Below are positions 13,067 to 26,802 of a stretch of DNA of 64,000 nt, piece by piece. The DNA lies in the NCBI GenBank assembly GCA_964016885.1, contig OZ024750.1:31310001-31374000 (forward strand). The letters run 5' to 3'. Numbering within the stretch: the first letter of the stretch is position 1; every line of letters starts with the position of its first letter. The notes under the pieces were generated by a model, which searched no databases, was not told the origin of the DNA, and saw only the letters and a list, made by a program, of their open reading frames with translations. Source of the stretch: Eledone cirrhosa (taxonomy: Eukaryota). Made by a program: the position numbers and the translations under genes.

Positions 13067-15409
13067 ACAAAAATAGTGGGGACAAAAGAAATACGGAAAA
13101 TAAAGGAATAAAAATTACTTCCTTATCAGTTACAAGAACTTGCACATGGAATATACTAAGCATTAAAAAATAGGGGTTCCAATACATGACGGTCTGGGCA
13201 AATAAACACACCGAGAAACGAAATCGACGATAGGGAAAAAGGCGTTATACAGATTTATTTGATAAAACAATAATTAGCAAGATATAAAATAAAACATTTG
13301 GGTCCCCCACACACACACAGGTGGGAGCTCACCAGTTAAATCGAATTAGAACACTGTAAATTCTTGCTCGGCAACCATACGTTATATACTTCCAAGTGAT
13401 CACATCACCATAAACAACACTCCACGCCCGACAGCAGAGAGAAGACATACGTAAGTGTATGTGAATGAATGTCTGCTGGTGTTTTAGTGGACATGTGGAT
13501 ACGGGCGTTTATTTTCCTTGTGAGTGGAGTGATGGAAATGGCATTATTTTCGAGTGTGTCTCTGCAAATGTCTCTGCAAATGCGTTCTTTTTTATGGGCG
13601 GGAGATGTCTCTTAATGTTATTATTGATGTTATTGTTGTTGATGCTGTTGAGGTTCCTTCTGTTGTTGATGTTGTTACTGCTGCTATTGCCTCAGTTGCT
13701 GTTGATTTTTCTGTTATTTTAAAAGTATAATAAGCATACATAAGTCTCGCTATGAATGTTTTGAACTGTGATCATGTCCCAGTTATCTTAGTTTAGTATT
13801 GTATAATAATTCACTGTTTGATAGAATCATATGTATCAGACGTGCTGGATACATAAATATTTCGTTTACTTTTTTTTATCAACATGGGAGAGTGTTTCTA
13901 AATCCCCGGTAGAATTAATAGCTGGATCTTCCTGAGTTCATATCCTATCATTTTATAAAAGAAAGAACATATTGAAGATAGAAAAAAAAAAGAATGGTTA
14001 GTCACAGCTGGAACACCTTTGATCATTAGGCTAGACCTAAACAATCACATCAACTGTAACAACACATCTTTCCAAATATTTCGTTCAGGAAAATGTTTGC
14101 ATATATTGGTCATTGGTTATGAATAATGAGAAGAATAGTAATGGCCACGATTATCTGCCTAGAGAAGAATTCGTATGAACGTTTGGTAAATAGACGCCTA
14201 TGTTCTTTTATCTATTCACACTAGTGCTTTTGCTTCAGGCAAGATATAGCTATCAGCGAAGTCAGATATACTTGCTATTGATTGTAATCTTTCTGATGAA
14301 GAACCATGTATACTGTTCGTTTGCAGGCCCCAAAATTAACAGCCATGCGTAGGTTTCTTTTTATAGGACATCTCTGACAGTTTGATCCCATGTTTCAATT
14401 AGAAACTGACCTCTCATATCCTTGACGTAAACAGAAAATAATCTTTACATACAAATTCAGAGTTTAGAAACTTTGTAATTGGCATGTGTAAAACCACGTG
14501 TAAACATAGTTTGTATACAGACTTCATTAAAAGTTAGAGAGTACTTTTTATAGCAGAAAGAAATTTGCAAAATTTATTCATGACTCATGATACGTGTAGA
14601 AAGCATATATTTGTGAATAGCGTGAAGCATGAAATCTGTATGGCCATTAAAAAAGAAATATCTATTGAAAAATATTTGAAAGATGTATTGAACATTAGGC
14701 TTGCGTGATATATTAAAAAAATATGTTGTTTTTATTTGTTCTATTTGGTTATACCTGTTTACAGACAAAAAAAAAATGTAGTTATATAAAAGTGAAACGA
14801 CTGGTATCAGTTGATACGAATTAACACAGCAAATAGCAAGATTTTTAATGGCGTCTATATTGATGACGCTGCTGAAAGGTAGATGGGATTTGATAAAGGT
14901 CTATGTGTGAGGCTAGCTAAGATTGAGAGCTTAAGAAATAATGATTATTTCAATTAGTCTACTACCATGATTATAAGGTAAAATGATTATATGATTATTC
15001 GCAAATATTTGTATATCTGCTTACCCCCATACACACACTGACAATCATACACACATACACGCACTGACAATCATACACACATACACGCACAGACATATAA
15101 AAGCGCTCTTTCTCTCTCACATACACAACACAAAATGTTTACCGTTTTTCGACATGTTTTATCTCGATCATGTGTTCCAACTATTATTTCTTACTTCCAG
15201 CTCACTATAGCACCCTCATCTCACATCACCTCACGTCTTGCTTACTCCTAAGTCTTCATTTACGTAACGCTACCAGGGAATACGCGCAACTATGTTACAC
15301 AACCTAGCATATATATATATATAATGAAAACATTTGAACAGGGACAAAACAGAGAGGCAGTACAATAAATGTTTATTAATTTCACGCTCAGGAGAGTGGG
15401 GGGTAGGTG

Positions 15410-15448
15410 GGGGACGACGTTTCGGGCATAAGCCCTTCCTCAGGTGAG
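15410..15448 (-). ncRNA. Minimal hammerhead core (extra A after A9), stem I truncated
   Basis: Minus strand ctcac-CTGAGGA-A-GGGC(ttat)GCCC-GAAAC-GTC; cassette lies between (TA)n runs with aataaa downstream. Confidence 0.55.
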
Positions 15449-15517
15449 AAGTGTGTGGGAACAGAGTTCAAAAGGTGTGTAGGGGAGTGGTGGAGAGACA
15501 TATATATATAATGTTTA

Positions 15518-15630
15518 TATAGAAATGGCTTCTACAAGACTAGAACTGCTTCATTCGAAGGAAATCATCAGGGCTTTCCTGATGATTTCCTTCGAATGAA
15601 ACTTCTAGTCCTGTAGAAGCCATTTCTATA
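15518..15630. mobile_element. Short palindrome with HHR-like core in both arms
   Basis: tatagaaatggcttctac...aatcatcagg (gcttt) cctgatgatt...gtagaagccatttctata; core CTGATGA-tttc(cttc)gaat-GAAAC. Confidence 0.65.
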
Positions 15631-16304
15631 ACCCGGGATAAACACGCACGCGTCCCCCCCCCCCCACATATATATACATTAAGAAAGAGCCATATATCGT
15701 TACACAATCAAATAGTATTTTTTGCATATATATATAAAGCATATAATATTTAGGGAAAAGTCCATTGAGCTTTTCTGCTGAGGAATATAATCGTCATACG
15801 TATTATATATGTTATGCTACCTTAACCAAGTATATAGCTGCTGAAAATTCTTAATTTGTTGAGCTGCTTATACTATGACTAGTACTTAGCACCTCTTTCT
15901 AGAGGATACGACGTCCAGCCCTATTTGTATCTGCCGCCGCAGTTAAAACATTCTTCACATCACGAGGTATAGCTTTGACTACTTTTCGGAACACGATGGA
16001 TATAAAGGTGTTTTTGTACTTTATTGGAACTTAGCCAAAGACGATTTCCTCTGATGGTTAGTTTCGCGTCTTCCGTAACTCTACCCAAATCGATAGTTGG
16101 TAGTCGATAATCGATTGCTTATATCAGTTTTTGCTTCGGTTTACGAACTATGAAATGGTATCCGTAAGGAAAATAACAATTTTTTCACCTTAAGGTATGT
16201 ACTTTTTCCTAAATATTATATGACTTATATATCTGTATAAAATACAATGTTTTTCTCTTACGATATATGGCTTTCCCCTCTATATATATACATATATATT
16301 TTAA

Positions 16305-16336
<32 letters not shown>

Positions 16337-16484
16337 CTTTTAATTTGAATTGTATAAATATGCGAGACAAACCAGAAATTCTCCATCTCCATTTTAATTT
16401 TATAAAGCATAAGAACTGTGAAACCGGTAAAGGACATAAATAAATATTCTTAAAAAGACTCCAGTTGCATTTTCGATTTCTTTT

Positions 16485-16594
<110 letters not shown>

Positions 16595-16636
16595 TGTATG
16601 TATAGATAATAATAATTATGGAACAAAGAATCAGTA

Positions 16637-16750
16637 TTGCATCATATACATATTTAATCACTTATTACATATGTTTCACTGCCGATCAGCTCAAGGAGCG
16701 ATCGATTATGTTCGTTTCTGACTCTGGAATAGAAAGGTCCTCTGATATGT
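16637..16750 (-). mobile_element. Diverged second copy of the 6840-6960 HHR-bearing cassette
   Basis: Shares aatcagta(a/t)tgcatca...tattacatatgtttc...cgatcagctc; core reads CAGAGGA...GAAACATATGTA. Confidence 0.55.
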
Positions 16751-17149
16751 GTTCTCACATGTACGCAATCCAACTGCACATTTACTACTTATATATACAC
16801 ATATATATTGAATTTAAAGCTACCTTAGTTAATACCATCACCTATGTTGGGCTGTACACTTTTCTTCCATCCAGGGGTTTATATGCCCAACTTGTTGGAC
16901 AACTTTTCATAATCAAAGACGTACTTTGAAGCTGTTAACTTTAAGAGTTGTATATTCATAGCTTTATACACAGATATGGCTATAGTTGTTCAATATATAT
17001 AATGCAATACTTCGGTTAATTCATTCAAGCAGAAGACTTGAATTTTCATGGAGGTTCCACGCAATATATGTCTCAACTGACTTTAGTATTACGTGTAATT
17101 TATATATATGTATGAGATGAAAGAATGGTATTTAACTAATGTAATGGTA

Positions 17150-17580
17150 CGCGATGGGGCCCACCCACAACCCCGGCGGACAGAATGGAGAAGGCGTTTC
17201 CCCGGAGGACGGCAAGGGAGACGCGCTGGAAAAGCCACTCCAACTCGCGGGCTCACACCTACGGCTGGCCAGCTCAGCGCCTATGGTGGTGAGTAAGGAG
17301 GTAGCCCTGGGGCCGAGGACACCAGAAGTTTCCACTGCCAGGGGAACGACCGCAAACCTGGAGTTTGGCCCCCTCAGCCCGACGTGCAGCAGAACGTGGG
17401 TCAGTCGCAGACTGCACCAGGTTGCGGCTGCAGAAAGTGTCGGTGCAAGTGGCATCCCAGACGAGGGGTTTGCCACCGCGGAACGGGAAGATGGTCATGC
17501 CATCTGGCCTTTTGCCGTCCCCTCGATCCAGCCCCACCGGTTCGAGCTGGGAAGGGAAGCCTGCAGCGTCCAAGCCATGT
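17150..17580 (-). mobile_element. CRE-like non-LTR retrotransposon 3' fragment (restriction-like endonuclease domain), frameshifted
   Basis: ORF 17274-17573 EPVGLDRGDGKRPDGMTIFPFRGGKPLVWDATCTDTF (RPD...WD motif), then FAVVPLAVETSGVLGP and LFQRVSLAVLRGNAFSIL in other frames. Confidence 0.82.
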
Positions 17581-18495
17581 TTATACAGTGTAAATGATGT
17601 ATTACGTGTATATTCCCCTTACATTTGTATAAGAGTTTCTATAGAAAGGTATACATTCACAAACATAATTATGTGAAGGCATTTGAAGAAATTAGTGAAT
17701 ATGCTGGATGCGGATGGTCTACACCATCAGATTCAACTTTAATACTCATATAATTTTTGTACCTTTCCGTAGTGTCGTATACATGTATACATGTACTGAT
17801 GTATAGTAGCTAGACATTAAATGAAGATATAGTTTGAGCCCCCATGGAAAATAAAACATGTTGTCACTTGTTTAAAAGGGAGGAATTATAATACATTTCA
17901 AAGTTGATACGAAACTGGCTGCAGATTGTGTGCTGAATATACCATAATTGAAATAGATTACACGTAACCAACTGTAGGACAACGTAACTTGATATTTCTC
18001 AATATCTATTCATAGGCAGATCTCTTACCTAACAAATAGAAGCATGCTGTGCTTGCTTTTAAATATTTCTGTGAATATATCTAATGGTTTTATTTCAATA
18101 AATAGTTTTCGTATTTTTTTCTACTAGAATTCTGCTTTACGAACAATGGTTTCTAAATTTTCTACATACAGTTTTAAACTGACTTACTTTATAGTCATTA
18201 ACGTCGTCGAATGCAACTTCAGAAGTTTATGTGACTCGTGAAACTGACAAATTGGAACATATATAGCTACAGATAAAACTTTGCAAATATTTAATCTAAT
18301 AATCTGGATATGATTATATTGAAGAACGCTCTTCTTTTGTAATTTCCTTTTCTAACTTAACTTCCCGCTGCAAATATGTTTCACGCTTGCTTTCTCAAAC
18401 CCACGCTAGCGCTTACATTTAAACACGCACACATGCATACATACATACACCCCTATATGTGTGTATGTATGCATACATGTATGTATATATACATA

Positions 18496-19110
18496 TGTCA
18501 GGTCACCAGTTGGTGCTACTGGTAACATGTATCCCAGTACAACCTGTCCCATGGTCGGGTCGTTGGCGACTAAACTGGCGACCCCACAAAGGTTTCTTGA
18601 TGAGGAGGGTGACTTTGGACATCCTGCAGGACTAAAAACAAAACTTGTGAAAGGGCAAAGGAGCTCTTAAGAGTCAATGGCCATCCAAAATCACCGGGAG
18701 AGATGACCCCTTAGCCTTTGTCAAGGCAGAATTCTAGGAGAAGGAAAACTCTGATATAACACCTGCAACTCTGATGGTATCCAATGATGTTGACTTGTTC
18801 TTCTTTTTGGTAAATATCATCTGAGTTAAGAGAGTGGGACTGGCTTTGTGCAGTGCCTTTGCTCACTATAAAAGCTTCACGGCACAGGCATTGCTTCATA
18901 TCTGGAGATCTCTCTGCACTTATCGCCACATGGTACCATGGGCCCAGTACTATGTGTCAATAATTGTCACAAGTGTAGTGTTTGTACCAGAGTTTTCAAG
19001 TCGCTGGCTGAACTAAAAAGTCACACTCGTTCAGCGCATCGGTAGGAGTTCTCCTACATGGATATAAAGTAGTGGCCGTACTCGAAAACGAGTTGGCAGC
19101 CACCATGTAT
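18496..19110 (+). mobile_element. Non-autonomous RTE-derived bipartite element (~610 bp), copy 1
   Basis: Closely similar to 44139-44740; RTE-like 5'UTR motif ctaggagaaggaaaactctga; 3' end encodes C2H2 [21 protein letters not shown]; sits in (TATG)-rich sequence. Confidence 0.75.
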
Positions 19111-19144
19111 ATACACATACATATATATTTATGTGTGTGTATAT

Positions 19145-19220
<76 letters not shown>

Positions 19221-20628
19221 GCGCTTATGATCTGGCAACCATTAAAATATCAGCCACTTATTTTCTTTCTATGTTAGTGAAAGTCATGGTTCTACCACAG
19301 CTTTGTATAAACACACCTTATAATCAATGTCCGCATGCATAATTGAAATTTCTATTTATATCTGTAGAAATTATATTTCAGATTATCTAAATGTAATGGG
19401 TTAAAAATTCACAAAATATTCAGTATTTTACAATAAAATATTGTTTTTGTTTTTTGTTTTTGTTTTGAAATAACCCAAACTAATCAGTACAGGATTCAAT
19501 CTTAGTAGTGTAAACAAACAGAGCGTCCGTCCCTGGGACAATAAGAAAGCACAAGGTTAAAACGATATCCATTATGTTTATTGATTTACCAGCTGGAATT
19601 TCCTTCGATGCTAAAGACAAATAGGAAAAAATTGAGACAGCGAGTTGTAGAGTAAGAAGATATTTGTGAAAAGGAAAGAAAGATTTATTGCCATTTTCTC
19701 AAAAGAAAGAAGTTAGTAGTGCAATCATTTTAAACTTCAACAGGATCACTCCGCAAGTAGAATAAAAACTGTTTCTTGGGATTTGTTTGCATTTGGATGC
19801 GAACGATGCTCCTCAGTACCAGGAATTTAATGATTATAACTTCTCATGCATTGATCCTGCAATAAGGACTTCTTCATTGGTAGCATTAACCAGCAGAGAA
19901 AATAGCGAAAATCAATGTTCTAAGAAAGGATCAAAGTTGATTTACAATCTATGTTCACGGTTAGAGAATTGCTCCAAGGACACATATTTTCCAATAAACT
20001 AATACATCAATGGCTTCTTACATTATTGAAGATATCTTTCCTTATAAAATTGTGTATAACTTTATAACTATGCTTCAAAGCGAAAACCTTTTGGTAGAAA
20101 TTAGGAGTGTTATCTCCATCTCGTCAAACTTTAGTACTTTACTGTCCCAATGTGTATTATCCAGGTAAGGAGGAAAGACAAAACCAACTCAGACGGGTGG
20201 ATATGTGAAATCAAAACAAGAAGTGATATAAATAGCAGAAGGTATGTATCTACTGCTCTGCTCTTTCTGTTCCTGCGGCTTATCCTGCTATTGATTCCAA
20301 ACATGTTAAATATGTTTTTAGCATGCCTGGCTATAATAGTGTTTCGTTCTAAAGCATAAAACCAGACCTTTCTGTAAGGAGAGCTGGTGTAGTCTATATA
20401 ATCACTTCTTATATCCTTTGCTACACTTCAGCTCTGGAAATCTGTAAAGCAACATGAAACTGTCACCGTTTGGCCTTAGAACTGTAAACTCTTTTAACTA
20501 TATAGCATAAAATGGTCCCTATGATTTCTTTGGATAATTCGTCAGAGTAAATATTTCAGTGGAAGTTATAGGGATTTGCGTAATATAAGTAAAGAGAGTG
20601 TATTAGTGTGAGGAATCGAATCGGTGAC

Positions 20629-20664
<36 letters not shown>

Positions 20665-20704
20665 TTTTATTACCCATTAATTAGTGTTGTTGCTGTTATT
20701 AAGC

Positions 20705-21556
20705 TGGTGGAATAGCAATATCGGTAGAGCGCCGGACAATATGCTTTGAGACAGTTACGACACTTTCTACCTTCTGAGTGCGCATACCAACTTTGCCTTT
20801 CATTCTTCCAGGGTCGGTGAAATAAAGTACCAGTTATTTACAAGGATCGATATAATCGACATTCCTCTCCCCCATATTGCTGGCTTTGTGCCAATGTTAG
20901 AAACAATGATTTAGTGCTGTTGTTGTTTATTGCTGTTGTAGATTGGCAGCATTGTTAGAGCGACGGACAAAATGGTTCATCATATTTGATTATGGCCCAC
21001 TAGATTCTAAGTCCAAATCCTGCTGAGGTTAATCCTTCTGGAATCGATGAAAGAAAGACGTGGCTAAATACTGGGTTTGAATTAATCAACTTTTTTCTTT
21101 TCACAAATTACTAGTCCTCTGCATGAATTAGAAACTCTTATTTAATATTGCTTAGCCTCACCTTAGCCCTGATTGAATGCGTGTAGTGTCAAAAGACTCC
21201 TCGCAGTTCCAGCGCACTCTGAATGACATCATCTGGCAGTCTTGGTAGAGGGTCGGACACCATGCTTTGACGCATAGAGCTACGGCCCTTTCCATTTTGA
21301 GTTAAAATCCCGACGAAGTTAACTTTGCCTTTCATCCTTACGGGGTCGATAAAATAAAGTACCAGTAATGCACTGGGTTATTGCTCGCCTAGGGTCAGAC
21401 GCCATGCTTTGCAGCATAGAGCTACGGCTCTTTACTGTCTGAGTTCAAATCCCGCCGAGGTTAACTTTGCCTTTCATCCTTAGGGGGTCGATAAAATAAA
21501 GTACCAGTACCGCACTGGGGTAATTGCTGCCCTTGTGCCAAAAGTAGAAACAATAA
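20705..21556 (+). mobile_element. Cluster of four family A SINE copies (two diverged, two younger in tandem at 21234-21556)
   Basis: Repeated ctttgcctttcatcct...gtcgataaaataaagtaccag core and tRNA heads. Confidence 0.85.
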
Positions 21557-21870
21557 TTTCAATGTGCATTTAATCCCTCTTTCTGTATGTAAAGCGACAG
21601 AGGGCATTATAAGATAATAGAACGCCTGTTCATTATACTTTTAAAATATAGCTGAGCTATATACTTTGAGCTGCCTTTATGCAAATAAAATACATTTATT
21701 TTAAACCAAGATATTGACTAAATAACGTGAGAAATATATACATTTATTATATTTTAATGCTTTGCTTGTGGCATATCATTTCCATAGCAGTGTAGGTGTA
21801 CGAAATTTTTAAAATGTCTTTTTCTGTAAATATTTTCATAACGTATCTTTTCGGTGCATTCTTTTATATA

Positions 21871-22258
21871 TAATTGTTTCTACTTTATGCACAAGGCCAG
21901 CAATTACTCAATGCATTACTGGTACTTTATTTTATCGACCCCGTAAGGATGAAAGGCAAAGTTAACCTCGGCGGGATTTGAACTCAGAATGGCAAGGGCC
22001 GTAACTCTATGCGTCAAAGCATGGCGTCTGACCCCCTACCGGTACTGCCAATCCACCATTCTTTTATATATAATTGTTTCTACTTTTGGCACAAGGCCAG
22101 CAATTACCTAGTACATTACTGGTACTTTATTTTATCGACCCCGTAAGGATGAAAGGCAAAGTTAACCACGACGAGATTTGAACTCAGAACGTAAAGGGAC
22201 GTAACTATGCTGGAAAGCATGGCGTCCGACTCTCTACCGATACTGCCAATCCACCGCC
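21871..22258 (-). mobile_element. Two family A SINEs of different subtypes in one target site (target sequence present three times)
   Basis: cattcttttatatata(ta)at at ~21857, ~22057 and ~22259. Confidence 0.9.
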
Positions 22259-22552
22259 CATTCTTTTATATATAATATTATTTGAATATATTCAAATTTC
22301 GTTCGATATTTATATAGTCTTAGATCTTTAATTTTCCCGTCATAGCAATACCATTTTCAAGGCGTTAAAACTGTTTCAACTATATTTACAATATTCCATA
22401 GTTTTTTTTTACTCATCAAAATTATTGTATTATTTGTGTGCACTTGTCATGAAGAATCGACAATTTTCGTAATTATAGAGAAAGGTTTTCCACAGGGAAA
22501 ACAATGGTTCACCTTTTGCATGAATGTTTACTACTACTACTACTACTACTAC

Positions 22553-22595
<43 letters not shown>

Positions 22596-22596
<1 letters not shown>

Positions 22597-23143
22597 AAGG
22601 ATCGATCAACTTTCGTCAAATCGGACCGAGGAAACAATGTTTCCGTTGGTCTTTCCAGTTGCTAATACTATCTATCGGTCGCAACTCCAGGTAGAAGGAG
22701 CAACGTGAAATAAAGTGTCTTGCTCAAGGACATAACGCATCGCCCGGTCCAGGAATCGAACTCACAACCTCAAGATTGTGAATCAAATTCTCTAACCACT
22801 CAGCCACACGCCTTCACATTTAAAGGAACGATCGACTTTCGTCAAATCGGACCGAGGGAACAATGTTTCCGTTGGTCTTTCCAATTGCTAATACTATCTA
22901 TCGGTCGCAACTCCAGGTAGAAGGAGCAACGTGAAATAAAGTGTCTGAGCAAGACACTTTATTTCACGTTGCTCCTTCTACCTGGAGTTGCGACCGATAG
23001 ATAGTATTAGCAATTGGAAAGACCAACGGAAACATTGTTCCCTCGGTGAAGGCGTGTGGCTGAGTGGTTAGAGAATTGGATTCGCAATCGTAAGGTTGTG
23101 AGTTCGATTCCTGGACCAGGCGATGCGTTATGTCCTTGAGCAA
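22596..23143. mobile_element. Tandem plus inverted array of a tRNA-SINE head fused to a ~100-bp tail, between (TA)n tracts
   Basis: Head gaaggcgtgtggctgagtggttagag...gagttcgattcctgg...tgtccttgagcaagacact at 23048-23142(+) and 22693-22817(-); tail unit three times; fold-back point near 22945. Confidence 0.85.
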
Positions 23144-23156
23144 TATTATATATATA

Positions 23157-23214
<58 letters not shown>

Positions 23215-23362
23215 AGTGTGTGTTTGTGTGTGTGTTTATTTTTAGTCTATATCATGTGGGTGTGGATTATTTTACAAAAAGAAAAAAATTGAATGCCAAA
23301 CCTTGTTAGTGTTTATCTCACACACACACACACACACACATGTATATATATGTATATATATA

Positions 23363-23420
23363 CTAGCAGTAGTACCCGACGTTGCTCGGGACAGATATGA
23401 TTGAGTCAGTAGAAATTAAT
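23363..23420 (-). mobile_element. Helitron-type 3' terminus (hairpin + CTAG)
   Basis: Minus strand cccga(gcaacg)tcggg-tactactg-CTAG; extent beyond the terminus not defined. Confidence 0.6.
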
Positions 23421-25360
23421 ACTTGCAACAACTCTTGGAAATTAATACTTGCAACAACTCTGCATAAACAGGAAGGCCTTTGTTTAGCAATGAGTGGAAA
23501 AGATAATGAACTCACTAAACGTAGAATATATGTAGAATATGGTGAATTGTACCAAATAGCAAACCGCCAGCCCCTAAAAGCCCAAATGGGGTACCATAAA
23601 AACGTGCAAATGAGGCAAAATGGGGAGAATTTACATAATGAAAGCTATACCCATTTTCACAAGAGAAGACATCTCTCACCCACCTCAAAGTGGGTGGGAG
23701 ATCTCCTCGTCCGACAGGTCTGAATTAGACAAACCCCCTTTCAAATAAATATATGTCTTTCTACCAAGATAAAACATGATTTTACAAAGCAACATCCTGG
23801 GCTGCAAGCAAACATTTTTTTGTTGTTTTTTTTTTTTTTACTGAAAAGCAATACCAATTGTGCAACTCTGAGAGCATTAGCAAATATCTATATGATCTGA
23901 AGTATGAATACAAAAACTATATTGATGGCATGCTCGCTTTTTCTTCCGTCGTTGCCTTATAATATATTCATGAAATTTCTAAACTAAAAGTAATCTATTT
24001 AGTTTAAGGCTTTTTATTGGAATTAAACAAACAACAAAATGATGTATGTTTTCTTTTTCTATATAAAAATCTGAATATCAGGGTGGTTATGATGATGATG
24101 ATGATGAAGATGGTTGTTTTGATAATCATCAAGACCATAGTGGTGATCACAAAGAAAAAAAATGAGAGAAGCGGTATAATAATAATCTTGATCATCTTGA
24201 TTATAACCATGTTGATGATCAATAAAAATATAAGAACCACAGTAGTTAAATTATATTGATTTCAACGGACACTTACCTCTAGTGAAGTGTTTAGAGAATT
24301 TATTTTAATATATATATACACACACACACGCACACATACACACACACACACATACACACACATACACACTCACATACACACACACACACATATATATATG
24401 TATATGTGTGTGTATTTGAATATACGTTAGCATATCTTTTATTCATATTATGCCTCTTATATTTCCTGTAAAATACATTTACGTAGTAAATGACAGCTTT
24501 CTATGACGTTTATATCCCAGACATGAACTTTTCTTTCCATATATCCTCCATTATCACCTCAGTGTAGTTTTTAAATTTAGATTATTCTCGTCCACCTTAT
24601 TAGTATTTACGGTCGGTAGAGTATTTTAGCTATTATTATTCAATAATGAATCAGTTTAAGAATGTTGTTGAAACTCCACCTAAAAGATAGACCATATGGA
24701 TAAAGGGGATGGTGTATTATAGATATGTGTGTGACGTCAACTAAATAATAATAATAATAAAAAAATATTTTTCTAAAATCATTGAAGCATATACTGGTTT
24801 GATGGACGTTCAAGGAAAATATATTTCCATATTTTTCCTGCCGCTGTGCAAAGAAGTGAGTCCCTACAGAATAAGGTATGAAGCGGGGGAAAAAAGGTCG
24901 TATTTATGAACGTAGCCTACATTGAGGTAATATAAAGTATATATAGAAAAGAAGTGTATGACTAAAAGATGGATGTGTCATGTAAATCTGTTATTCACCA
25001 ACTAAATATAACTAAATATATTTTCCAGAGAGGAATCATAACATGAATAAAAAAAATATACAAAGGTATAATATATATTTATATATATATATATATACCT
25101 TCTTTATCTTGAATATTCTCTCTTTTTTCTGTCATTATATATATATATATATATATATAAATATATAATGTGTGTGTGCGGGTGTAGGTGGTGGCATGGG
25201 TATGTATTTAAAGATATTCGCTTCGCTTCTACGTGGTTTTCAGTTTATTTTCACGACGTGATACCTTGTACAACTGTCAGTTACTATAACTGCGAGTTAA
25301 CCAATGCATTATGAGTAAAATTTGGAAACTCTGCGGAAACCTGTATATATATATACTATA

Positions 25361-25414
25361 AAGTGTCTGGTCAAGACGGCCGAGCTCTTGCCGTTTCAAC
25401 GGCTAATTCCGGAC
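25361..25414 (-). mobile_element. Fragment with HHR 3' half (GAGCTC-loop family) between TA runs
   Basis: Minus strand GAAAC-GGC(aagagctcg)GCC-GTC; same family as 51052-51156 and 56900-56935. Confidence 0.5.
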
Positions 25415-25467
25415 ATATATATAATATGTATCGTGTGTGTGTGTTCACTTTTGTTTTAAGTTCGCAT

Positions 25468-25562
<95 letters not shown>

Positions 25563-26512
25563 TGGATTCTAACACAGAAAAAAAGATTTGCAATGGAATT
25601 TAGACATCAAATGTGATTACATGTGTGTTTGTGTTTGCGTAGCTATGGATGCCATTAAATTTGTGGATCTATGTTTTGAGTCATATGTACACATATACAT
25701 ATGTTTCTATATCTATACTTGGGAATATGCAGTTATTGTATGCTAAATGTTTTACATAGTTTGACAGTTCCATTAATCGATTGTAATTGTAATTACCTAA
25801 CTAACCCTGGTCTTTCTGGTTCTGTGAATCACAGTGTCCAAGATTTGTACTGAGACAGCAATGCATCCCAGAGCCTCAATGATCAAAAATACACATCTAA
25901 ATATATTTTTAATGTGAACTATCTGCAGATTCTTCATTAGGTCTGTATAAATATCCTCCTTTACGCTAATCTCGAGGACCTTAACACCTGCTGGACAACA
26001 GATTTCCACTAATGTGCATACTTTCTTTTATTGTCATATATCATTATGCCTGCTCTATTATGTTTACTTTTTATACCCTCCACATCACTGTAACTTTTTA
26101 TATTTTTATTCTCAGTACTATCCATTATATGGTTTGCTTCGTACAGTGTTTTGACCACTACATCATGACATATAGTTAGTATCATAATGTCATCTTTAAA
26201 CAGCTGCGTATCATGTGGGTGACATCCTCAGTGTTTATTCCTCAGATACTGCATCTGTTGTCACATCTATGTGTATTATCTGCATTGACATCAGATATTT
26301 CGTTGTTATTCCCTGTTCCTGAATTGTAAAAGTATATGCTTGAACATGAGAGCTAATAAAGCGGTTGTTGGTCTAAAATAGACTATTTGCTTTCACTTTG
26401 AAGCTTTATGACAACTAGCCATGTGCAACATTTTACTGATAAGTAAATAGCTTTTTGCTGTGGGAGTGCTGTGCAATTTACCTGGGTGTATGCTTTTAAG
26501 TTATATGTGTGG

Positions 26513-26591
<79 letters not shown>

Positions 26592-26767
26592 GGTGTGTAT
26601 GCATGTAATTGTGTTTACATTTTCTGTTGTTTCGTAACATAGCGGTTCGTCATAAAGTAATTACATAAAACGCACATTTGAAAAATAGATTACTGGAGTT
26701 GAGAAATACCTTTAATATGTTACCCCAGCATGAACGATGACTAATGAGTGAAAACTGTCAAAGAATG

Positions 26768-26802
<35 letters not shown>

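Noticed and set aside
18496-18600. HDV-like ribozyme at the element 5' end
   Set aside because: Possible P1/P3-like pairings (caggt/acctg, tgta/taca), but P1.1 and J4/2 could not be placed
23048-23125. tRNA gene
   Set aside because: A/B boxes run straight into SINE body sequence and are multi-copy; the same applies to family A heads
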